Source: Sphagnum compactum (taxonomy: Eukaryota). From it: a stretch of 64,000 nt of DNA. Numbering within the stretch: the stretch's first letter is position 1; every line of letters begins with the position of its first letter. Both the position numbers and the translations under genes were made by a program. Positions 13,502 to 24,438 of the stretch are shown here, in pieces. The stretch spans positions 10,168,001 to 10,232,000 of the forward strand of contig OZ234494.1 of the NCBI GenBank assembly GCA_965153455.1, in the 5' to 3' direction. The notes beneath the pieces are model-generated. The model made no database searches. It worked only from the letters and a program-made list of their open reading frames with translations, and was not told where the DNA came from.

Positions 13502-14165
13502 AGTGCAGAGCTTCAAACCCTAATTGTGAAGCTGATGATGCCAAGGAGCTTGGGCTATGTTCTTTTGCTTTCCAGCTTGTTTGTTTGTTACAAAGCCTGG
13601 TCACACTAGGGCAAGTGCAGAGCGTCAAACCCTAATTTGTGAAGCTGCTTATGGTAGGGAGCTTGGGCTCTCTTGCTTTTGCTTTCCAGCTTTGTTTCTT
13701 TGTTAAAGCCCGAGGTACACTAAGGCTAGTTCAGAACTTCAAATCCTAATTGCAAAGCTGCTGATGCCAGGAAGCTTTGACTCTTATGTTTTTGCTTTCC
13801 AGTTTTGTTTTGTTTGCTGCAAAGCCTAGAGGACACTAGGGCTAGTTCAGAGCTTCAAACCCTAATTTGTGAAGCTGATGATGGTCAGGAGCTTTGGCTC
13901 TTTTCTTTTTGCTTTCCAGCTTTGTTTGTTTGTTGCAAAGCATAGGGGGGGCTAGTTCAGAGTTCCAAACTGTAATTTCTGAAACTGATGATGGTAGGGA
14001 GCTTTGGCTCTTTTCTTTTAGCTTTCCAGCTCTGTTTGTCTGTTACAAAGCTTGGGGTACACTAGGGTAAGTACAGAGCTTCAAACCTTAATTTCTGAAG
14101 CTGATGATGGAAGGGAGCTTTGGCTCTATGTAAATTTGCTTTCCAGTTTTGTTTATTCAAGCAGG
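13502..14165 (+). repeat. Tandem array of about 6 units of about 115 bp with telo-boxes
   Basis: Unit: cactagggctagttcagagcttcAAACCCTAAtttgtgaagctgatgatgg...gctttccag...caaagc. Confidence 0.9.
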
Positions 14166-14471
14166 AAAGCATCATCATCGTCATCATCAAATCTCAGGAT
14201 CAAAGGTTCAAATGCCATCCTTTGCAAGATCATTTTAGTACAAGGTTGTTTGCAATTGTGGTGAAAGTCACCAAACTATCCTTTTTCCTTATGTGTTTCA
14301 CTAGCAAACTAATTCTGGGCACCATTTTGCAAGAAAGCAAAAAAACAAACAGTAATCCTCTAGCAAAGATCCCAGCAGCAGCACAAACACTAATCCTCTA
14401 GCAAAGATCCCAGCAGCAGCAGCAACAGTAGAGAGGTATACATACTCAGGCTTCCTACAGGATTTTGGTTA

Positions 14472-15338
14472 ATGACGAATGCCACGGTTTTCGACGCTAA
14501 AGCATGGGAATGGAACAAGGACTCGCTGACGATCATGGAGATGCAGGCGGCTGAACTCCAGGCGCTCTGTACACGCTATAACCTCAAGCCTGCCAAGACC
14601 GGCAAGGCAGTCGCTGCAGCAGCCATCGTCAACCATCTCATGGTCCTTAGGGCCGATGTGGTAACGAAACAGGATGTGCACAATGCTATTGAGGTCACTA
14701 TGGAGCAGGTTGCGGAAAACATTCTGGCTCCAGCAATGGAAGCTAAGATTGTGACCGTTACTGGCCAAGTCGAAATGCTGCAAAATAAAGTAGATGAGAT
14801 GGCTAAGAGCTTTGATACCATGCAGGACAGTGGGGAGAAGTGGAAGGAGGTCGTGGGCAGGAAGGTTGACAAGGTTGCCAACAAGGTGGACCGGGCAACG
14901 GATGCTGACCTGGTCAAGGCCAGGGAGGCAAACATCCGGGTCACCGGGTTGACCATGAACAAGGGGGAAACCTCAAAACAACTTATGGAGTTGGTGCAGA
15001 CGGAGCTGCTCGACAGGTTGAAGGTTGCTGACCGTGTGCAGGTGCAGAAGGTGCACCGGCAGATGCCATCGGGGTGACTGGATAAGGCCACTGACAAGGC
15101 ACCAGCAACCATCATCACGCTGGCATTGATACACGACAAGCTCACGGTGCTGCGCGCTCGCAAAGGCCTGCAGGGCACTCAGCTTGGGCTCGACGAGGAC
15201 CTGATTCCTGCTCAGCAGGTCCAGAAACGAGCCGCTTGGGTCACCTTCAAGGAGGCCAAAGAGGCTGGCGAACGGGTCTACTGGCGTGGGGCTGATCTCT
15301 ACATCAACCACAAAGTCATAAACTCTCCTACTGCATAG
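14472..15338 (+). pseudogene. LINE ORF1: SAP-like N-terminus, coiled coil, L1-type RRM/CTD; one internal TGA
   Basis: MQAAELQALCTRYNLKPAKTGKA (SAP-like); REANIRVTGL; LRARKGLQGTQLGLDEDL...AKEAGERVYWRGADLYIN; in-frame TGA at 15075-15077. Confidence 0.8.
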
Positions 15339-15358
15339 GGGGCGGGGGCCAGAGACAG

Positions 15359-18300
15359 TTGCGCGTGTGCTTGTGGAACATCCATGGGGCCGCTATCACA
15401 AAGCTAGAAACACATGAACATCTGCTTGACCTATTTCAACATGTTGACGTTGTTGCTTTGACAGAAACACATCACTTCCTGAGCGATACATTCCCGGTCT
15501 TACCGGGGTTCTGCTGTTTTGATGTTGCCAGGCCTGTGACTCCACAAGGTGTCGTTCGAAAGCACAGTGGAGGCATTGCGGTACTAGTTAGGGAAACATG
15601 GGCAAATAGTACTGCTGTTTGGAAGACTGCAAGGGATGGGACTAGGATTTGGCTGCGCTTGGGCAATGCTTTCCAAAGGCCTTTGTTCCTATGCATAGTA
15701 TATGCTGCTCCAGCTCGCCATATGCGGACAGCAGCCTGTTTGAACACATATGCCAAGAGGTTGGAGAAGCCATGAACTTAGGCGTTGTGCTTCTTGCTGG
15801 GGATTTCAATGCAAGGACAAGCACAAACATTGATTTCATTGATTGTAGTCAACTAGCAAATGTGCTGCTGGTGCCACAAGCCATTGAGGACACCCTGCCC
15901 AACGATATGCTGGAGCACTAGAACTGTGACACTGTCACGGCTGGCTGGCATCGTGAGTTCCTGGATCTCTGCAGAACTACTGGGCTGTTCGTCCTCAATG
16001 GCCGCACACCAGGAGACATATCAGGGGAGTACACATGCCTATCCAATAAAGGTTTTAGCACTGTGGACTATTTTCTTACAATAGCTGACCAATTAGAGGG
16101 TGTCAAATGCTTAGAAGTTAACTGCGATGAAAAGTACTCAAGTCACAAAGATGCACACTCTGATCATAGACCATTGGTACTTACAATCACACAGCAGTGG
16201 CAACCCCCTCCTGTTCAGCAAAAGGCAATCAAACACCTACCACGTTTCAAATATGACACTGCCAAAGCAGCCGAGTTTAACAAGAGTGTACAGCATAACA
16301 TCGGTGTCTGGGCAAGCCTAGATGTACTTGATGCATCTGACGAACAAACAACAGTCATCTGTTACAACAATGCATCACACAATCTGCAGAAGAAGTGTTT
16401 GGAAATAGACAAGTGGCCTTAGGAAAAGCAATAAAGCACAGCCACAAACCCTGGTTTGACACAGAATGTCGCCAGACCAAAAGCCAGTTTGCTAAATTGT
16501 CACATGCGCACCCAGATAGGCAGGTCAGACTTAAGCAAATGAAACAGTTGTACAAAAGGAAAAAACGTGCTTATGATGTGCTCAAGGCTAAACAACTATG
16601 TGGTTTAGCGAAGGCGAATCCTGCAGCATTCTGGAAGCGGTACCGCAAGCGCACTGAGGGTGTCAATGGCATCACCAGTGAAGCGCTCAGGGATGGCTTC
16701 CAGCAACTGCTCCAGCCTCCGGCGGCATCAACCACAGCAGGAGCTGTGACAGGTGCCGTTATTCAAGCCCAGTGGGTCTCCTTTCCACCCAATGGTATTG
16801 ATTGCGAACAGTTGAATGTTGACATCACACTAGTTGAAGTACAACAAGCGTTCAAAAAGCTAAAACGACACAAAGCTGCAGGCATTGATGGCATCAAACT
16901 AGAGTTCCTTTTGGATGCGACTGATGCCCTGCACCAACCATTATTGATTGCTTTTAACAAAATTTTGCGCGAGGGCTATTGTGAATCACTCTCTGTTGGG
17001 ATCATACATGCATTGTACAAAGGGGGTGACTGTTGTCAGTTTGACAATTACAGGGGGATCACAGTAGGACCAGTTTTAGCCAAGGTGTTTGCAATGATTC
17101 TTGAGTCCCGCATCAGTCAATGGGCGGAGACCAATGATTTACGCGCAAAGGGACAGGCTGGTTTCAAAAAGGACTTTAGGACAACAGATAACTTGTTTAT
17201 TCTTCGCACTTTGACCGAACAAGCCAGATTTCAGCAAAAGAAGCTATACACTTGTTTTGTGGACTTCAAAAAAGCCTTTGATACAGTACCAAGGGACCTG
17301 TTGTGGCAAGTGCTGGAGGGACTTGGCATCAATGGGCGGATACTGGAGTGCTTGTGCTCCATGTCTCGTCAAGACCAGGCCTGCCTGCACCATCCAGAGG
17401 AGGGGCTCACGCCCACTTTCCTCTGTCGCATCGGAGTGAAGCAAGGATGCCCCCTCAGCTCACTCCTGTTTGGCCTCTTCATAGATGGCCTAGAAAAACG
17501 GCTGAATGCTTTAGAGGGTGACACACCACCAATGTTGGGACAGCTAGCTGTTCGTTTGCTTTTGTATGCAGACGACTTAGCTCTCATGTCACACACTCCT
17601 GCTGGATTGCAGAAGCAACTGGATGTCTTGCAAGCTTTTTGCTATGAGCGTCAGTTGACTATGAATGTCAAGAAAACCAAAGTTGTTGTGTTTGAAGCAC
17701 GCAAGTCTGTGTGTCAAGCTTTTTAGTATGAGGGCGAAGCTATAGAGCAACTAAACTCTTTCAAGTATCTAGGTGTTGAGCTGCACGGCACAAAAGGTAT
17801 GCAAGCGGCAATACAGCGGTTAGCAATGTCAGGGAAAAAGGCAGTTTTTGCATTGCGGCGCAGATGCGCAGAGTTGCGCATCTTTGACCCAGCATTACAA
17901 TGCCAGCTGTTTGATGCACCAGTCAAACCAGTGCTTAGCTATGGGTGTGAAGTATGGTCAGACCACATGGCATGCGAACAGTTAGAGGTGGTTCATCGGG
18001 CTTTTCTGAAGTTGTTGCTGGGGTCAGCACCACGACATCCAGCTACGTCGTGCTGGCAGAGTTTGGCAGGTTTCCCCTAGAAATATTTTGGTGGCAACAG
18101 ACCATGCGCTTTTTCTCACGTGTCAGTTCTGAGGTAGACTCAGATCGCATGCTCAGGCTAGCCTATGATGTACAGCTGCAGTTGCTTACAGCCAGGCGAA
18201 AAGTCTTACTCGGGAACCAGAATGCTGTGGGTAGAAAGAGCTGATTGCCTGCTTGCTGGCTAGCACAAGTAAATGAACGACTGTCGACGTACAATTTGTG

Positions 18301-18796
18301 CATCGATAGCGATCAGCTACCACCATGTGCTCGCCTCAAGCAATTGGCTGAAAGGCAATACATTGTACGCCATCAAGTGGCTGCAGTTGACTCCAGCAGG
18401 GTGAGAGCCTATCTGGGGTTGAATAGCTCAGCACAGTATGGGTACAAAGAATACCTCTCCAAGGTAGACAATGCATAGCTTAGGAGAAGCTTGGCACGTT
18501 TTCGTTGTGCGAATCACAAGTTGCAGATTGAGCTAGGAAGGCAAGTCAAGCCAGTGAAGGTGCCGATGCAGCAGCGTTACTGCAAATTATGCAACTTGGG
18601 TGCGGTTGAGGATGAGGACCACTTCTTGTTGGTTTGCCCTGCCTATCAAAGTGTTCGAGAGAGGTTTAGAGGTTCATTGCCACTAACTGCCATCACACCT
18701 TTGGCTGAATTGCTGAGCTGTCAGCAGCAAGGCATCCTTGCTAGATTCTTAGTGCAATGTCAGACGGTTAGATCTGAATTGCTTCATCAGTCTTAA
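15359..18796 (+). pseudogene. LINE ORF2: AP endonuclease, reverse transcriptase, C-terminal zinc finger; several stops and frameshifts
   Basis: APE: WNIHG, LTETH, SGGIAVLV, GDFNAR, VDYFL, SDHRPL. RT: NYRGIT, QAGF, FVDFKKAFD, GVKQGCPLS, YADD, FKYLG. C-terminus: LARFRCANHKLQIELGR...CKLCNLGAVEDEDHFLLVCPAY. Stops at 15919, 17724, 18242 and 18476; frameshifts near 15712, 16360 and 18020. Confidence 0.95.
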
Positions 18797-21700
18797 CGTC
18801 AATTGGGTTCTGGCCCGGGTGCTGTTTGGCCCACTTAATGATGCTAAATTGTAAGTAAGTAAGTAAGTGTCTACTAGTGTTAGCTGATTTTGGGATCTGG
18901 TCCGGATCTGGATGCAATGCCTGCTTTGGATGCTCTTCACACTCAGGTACTGCATTTCCCAACCATGAAACAACTCGTCGTACAAAGCTGAATAAGGTCA
19001 CTCCAACCCAGGTTCTGCCCTGGAGACCCAAAACTAAAACAAACTGAGCACTTGCACCAGAACCAGATCTTTCAACCAGGCCTTGCTGGAACCTAAACCT
19101 GGCTGCAAACCTCTTTTGCCCATGTTCCAGTTTTCTAGGCAAACAAGTATTGGAGGATTCTTATACAGGCAAGTGAACTTTTGGAAAAAAGGTCCTTTTA
19201 AGTTGTACTTAGTTAGGCAACACAATTCCCAATTGGAAATACAACTTACCTATACAATCTTCAATTTTGGGATGTGTGTTGATAGCTGGAGCCTGGAACC
19301 CGTTCGTTCTCCAAAGTACACCTGATTCAGAATTTGGTTTGAAGAGGAGCAAGACGTTAAAATTGTGAGGAATTGTCTCAGAACTTGAGGGGGGAGGTTC
19401 TATCAAATTAAAAAAATCTAGCTGGAACCAGAGCAATTGTAAGTTATATGAAATTGAAAAGCTACCCAGAACTGGAACCTACGGTTTTCTTCAATACTCG
19501 AAACCAATAAATGTTAATTATGCATACCTACAAATAAAAAACCAAAATGGAAAGAGAATGATCACAGGGTCACTTTCATTTTTTAGCGAATGGCATGCAG
19601 AAAGAAAAGAAAAAAGTATAACTGAGTCACCAGGAAATAAAATTTATAATTAGTTTAAATGAAAATAAGATACTCAAAATCTATTATGAGAACATAGTTA
19701 AAATATTCTTTTTTTAATAAAATACCAAAAGATACCCCTTCATCTCAAGTGTTTGATAAACTATAGAAAGAGTCCCCCTTGCAAGAGAATTGCAGCTTTT
19801 TATTTTGAAATTGGATGGTGCACAAGGTTGAGAATGAACAAGGTTTACAGGTCGGTAGATCATCTACCAAGTTACCTACCTCTCTAGTCTGGGAGGAACC
19901 CTACATTTTTGTATGTAAGTCCCTGTTAATTATACACTTTGGACTGTTTTGAATCATTGGGGGTTTTTGTGTTTGCCTTCAAAAGACTCTTTCATTAGCT
20001 GTAACACTTGTCAGTGAACACTTGTGAAGAGCACCCTGTTTTGGATTTGGTGTGTAGCACTTTTAGGACTGAAACCTTAATCCCCACACTAGGCTACTAG
20101 GCCACTAGTTCCATGTTCTCATGCAATTGGACACTTGCGCCTAATTGAACCAATGTCCTCTAGGAGGTCTTCTGGTTGGCTAATGTGATGAGTGTTAGGT
20201 AAGATGATGGTTGTTCATGTTTACAATATTGAGCTCTAATTAGGACCACATATGCAAGATCTGGTGTTTGGAAGGCAATGCAATCTATGTGTTGTTTCCA
20301 ATACAGTTTTTTCACTCGTCCGATCTTAAATAATTATAGAACAGATCTATCCATATTGGGTATTTAGGCTTTCATGAGTATTTTCCACATTCATTATTAC
20401 TTACATATCCCAAGTCCCACCCATAAACTTGAAAAAAGTGAGAGGTCACTTAAAATAAAGTAAGTGGATCGAATTGAATAATCTTATCAGCGAACCAAAG
20501 TGACAGATTATACCTAGCAGATCAATCAATCAATCTAGTCCGTAGTAGGATCTAATGTGTGCATTGATTTTTGCTAGCCACTGGTGCACCACACCCTATT
20601 GAAATATAGGATCCCAAAACAATTTTTTGGAATCAAACCGACAAGCTTTTACTTTTCTACATCCAAAACATGGTATAGAGTGCTTGGGGGTGGACCTGAT
20701 TTTAGAGCTTGTCCACCCACAGCCCCTACTCCAGCCTAGTAAAGTGTTTATCACATCCAACATAGAATGCTAATTGTTTCCCAAATGTCACCCATAAACA
20801 TAAAAAGTAGACAGTATAAGTCAAGAGACTATTTAATGTCACCACCTGGGCCAATTATTACAGCCAGCCAATCAAAGCAGTCATGTATTTGTAATGGGCC
20901 TTGAGGAGATCATGATGGTATGCTTTGCAAATGTACAGGAGCAGAATATTTAAACCATTTACACGCTTTTCGAAGTCTGCACTCTGTGCCAAATATACAG
21001 GGCATTTTATTGCTGCCTGTGCACCTTCTCTTGCAAAGGTAAATCTGGTTTAATTTTCATTTTACAGTTTCTTTCTTTTGCAGGGCTGACAAACATAAAA
21101 GTCCTCTTGGCCTGTTGAATGTGAGAACATCGTTACCAAAACATTCTTCTGATAAATCGAGAGAGTCCACCAGGGTCGTCAAGCAAATCCCAAGAATCGA
21201 GGGAACAAAGGTGAAGGGTACTGGGGATTTATTAGCCTAAAGGCTAATACTTGCAAGGATGGATGTGCTACATTCTCCCACTACATGGTTAAGGCGCTTG
21301 AATGCTGCTTGCATTCCTTGTTCTCTCAGTGCATTTTTCAGCAGCTGAAGAAAGCCAAATAAATGCAAATTGTTGTGGTTATACTGTGGGGTGCCTACAA
21401 CAGCCTGGTAGATTGATAGGGAGAGCTCTGAGTGACCTCCATGAACAAGAGAGCATCTTATTTTGTAGAGAAAGAGAAGTCATTGGCACTAGAAACTGGT
21501 AGAGAAAGTTAGGGCTTGAATGAAATTTTTTCTCTAAAGAAGAATAGAGAAAGAAGAAACAAATTAAAGGTCTTTCAAGAGTCCTTGTGCTTCGAGTCTC
21601 TGCTTCCAATTGTAACAATTTTGAATCCAACGTGCAAGTTGAGGAATGGGTTGACTTCAAAACTGTGCTAGCTGTGAACTTTACAAGGCTTGTGCACATA

Positions 21701-24231
21701 GGCTCTTTCAGAAGTGTAGTTCAGAGGACATAGTGATAACATCCAATTACCTAGGTTGAAGCATTAGGATATGTCTTGGTTAGTCATGAAGGAAGCCTCA
21801 AGGTGAGAGAAGTCTTCAGACCTCACATGTTATTCTATTCACACCCTCTGTACTACTCCCTTTGTATGCACAAAATTTGTCTGTGCATTGGTTTCCTTGT
21901 GGTACTTCTTACTTTCACATGTACACCCAGACTGTTGTATTTGGACTTTCCACCTTTTGGATCTGAAGGACACAAGGTTATAATTTTTTATTTTTTGGTA
22001 ACAAGTTGTTGAATAGAAATAATAACCCATACAATTCTCTTTTGCTATTTTCTAGCCAAAAATAATTCTCCAGAGACATGAAAGAGAATTATAGTGGTAG
22101 TAATGACTTAACATTGGTTTTTACTGAGTTGACATAGGCATCCTCATCATGAAAGTTAAGATTTATGTGGTGCAAAAATGAGAAGAAACAAAATTTGTTC
22201 AATGTCTTTAGATGCAAACTTGGAAAACTCTGTTCCACAAGGCTCATTTTCACACATTGAAGTAAGTAAGTGGGGATGCCTCTAACTACTTTTCAACATT
22301 CCATCTATGTTGTAGACAAAAAGTCTCAGCCAAAAATTTCATTCTTTAACTTGAGTTGGTGTGAATTCAAAGCTCCAAGATGATGTACAGTTGCTTACAC
22401 TTGTTTGGTCCCCTCTCCTATCTAGGGGCATTCTCACTTGCCAAAAATGCTCAAAAGGGAATTGGTTGCGTGGTAAATTTTATTTTAACCCTTGACCTTT
22501 CTACACCCATTTAAACTCCAATTGAAGTTTTAACTAGAAGTTGAGGCCAATCCCTTCATCCATGAATGAGATCACATATAACCCATTAGACTAAAATTTA
22601 TAGATTTAGAATTCTTTGTTAGAAATTTCAGCCAAAATTAAGTAAGGGTTGATGAATAGAAAAGCTAGATTGTTCTCATATGTAATTGATCAACTTGGTG
22701 CTACTCAAAGCTTGTCATGCCCATATGCATGGTTACATACATGATGGCCGGTTACGGGCATGCCAATCATGCCTTTTAGGGTTAATGTACGTTCTTAGGT
22801 TACTGTATGTTATTAGGTGTTTTAGGGTTATGGCTTGTTTAGGGTTTCAGCTTGTTAACGGTTGTATAAGAGGCCAAGCTCTTCCCTTCTCTTGTTAGTT
22901 TTTCTAGATTTCCTTTGTCAAGGAGAGTTTCCTCCATAGTCAGACTGGATTTCTAAATGTTCATGGCAGCTATTACACGGCCACCATTTACATACACTAT
23001 GTTTTCTTTCCTTCTTTTCAATTTAATTCTAGAAAAACTGCTCTCTGTCACTTAATGTTGAAAACGGCAGATTTTTCTTGGCTTTGAGTTTCTTGGGTTT
23101 ATTTTGTTTGTTGGTTTCTTGTGTTCTTGAGTTGCTGCTACTTCTTCTTCTGCTACAGAATCCAGTTCTACTGGTTCTAGAGGAGAAAGCCACAGGTGTA
23201 ATAAGCCCCTGGGTACCACTACCCAAAATCCTCACTTGGGCAAGAGCTGCCATTGCTTCGAGATTAGAAGAAAAGTCGAGGAGGCGTTGGAGAAGCGATG
23301 AGCGCGCACGCATGCTGCAGCACAAGAAGAGAAGACAACACTCTCTTAGTGGGGGACTAATCTGCAGCAACAAATCAGGTCCTTCTCCTCCTACTACAAT
23401 TGCAGCCGCTTACTGTTGAGTGAATAAGCTTGGGAATTTGTTGAAGTTGGACTCTTGCATTGTTACTTGTGGGAGAGCTTGATTTGCTGCTGTTGTCGCA
23501 GCCACGACAACAACAAGGATGTCTTGATGGATGCAGCGCCGAGGCCGGTATGTGGGATCAATTCTTCATTCAGAAAATTTCTCTCGTCAATCTACTCTTC
23601 TTGCTCACATCTGCTGTGGAACATCATGATCATGATCTTCTTTTAGCAAATGCCTTCCCTCTTCAAGTTACTTTGTGGTTGCTACGATCCCTCCCGTCCA
23701 ACGTGGTGGTCCGAACCCAAAAAGCTCTCGTGGGTGTGGGTTGTTGTTGGTAGAAAACTCTAAATCTATAGTGGGTGGTTAGGGTGAACTGTTTGTCGAT
23801 TCTTCAGCTCCTCACTACTAGACTAGACATCGTTCGCTCACTCCAAAGAAGCTGCCAGCTTTCCTTGTTCTTCCTTGGTAAATTTGTTGTTGTCTTGTTT
23901 TGTTCTCCTCTGGCTTGTTTTGGTAGTAGTAGCTGGTGACGACGTTTTGTTGGAAGAGGCGGAGGAAGCCTTGAAAACTCTCGAAGACTACAGGGCCAAG
24001 TGTAGCATCAAACAAATAGAAGGAAAAATATATATATATATATCTTCTGCATGATAGGCTGTAGCGCTCCCGGGCGATCTACAGCGCAGCATTCGTCATG
24101 TCACCGTTCGCCATCGTTGCAAAACTCCTGGGTGATTTGCAGTGCCGCATCGCAGCTCGCCATCGCTGTAGAGCTCTTGGGCGATCTGCAATGCCGTGTC
24201 CGTAGCGCCGTCCGTTGTGTTGCCGTCGCCA

Positions 24232-24340
24232 ATGTCCATCCACGGATGTCCGTCCACGGACTTTTGTCCATAGACTTCCGTCCACGGACATCCGTCCATG
24301 GACTTCCATCCATCGACTTTTGTCCATCGACGTCCGTTGA
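24232..24340 (+). repeat. GC-rich tandem array of about 15-bp units inside the gypsy-type element
   Basis: Repeated (t/c)gtccacggac(t/a)t(t/c) units, preceded by about 3 copies of ctcctgggcgatctgca at 24060-24200. Confidence 0.85.
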
Positions 24341-24438
24341 CGAATCTGCGCAGTTGGATAATGGAGAACCCAATACACCAGGTTCTTCAAACACACTTTC
24401 CAACTCCATTCCATATGCTTGCAACTACCCTTTCGTAA

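Larger units (their letters stand above)
14472..18868 (+). mobile_element. Non-LTR retrotransposon (LINE), RTEX-like, near full length, degenerate
   Basis: ORF1 plus ORF2 (APE, RT, C-terminal CCHC); short 3' UTR ending in (GTAA)4 at 18851-18868; 5' boundary and TSD not identified. Confidence 0.93.

Noticed and set aside
13502-14165. C/D snoRNA cluster (TGATGA in several units) or CRISPR-like array
   Set aside because: Whole units are diverged copies of each other with no unique spacers and no consistent D box or terminal stem; this is an ordinary tandem repeat in a eukaryote
14576-15178. 200-aa antisense ORF and similar ORFs opposite the copia, LINE, DGP3 and CDPK coding regions
   Set aside because: Shadow ORFs of real coding frames
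13260-21240. Plus-strand gene spliced across the LINE (13260-13403, 20939-21038, 21084 onward)
   Set aside because: Splice sites are plausible but there is no start codon, in-frame stops are present and no product is recognisable
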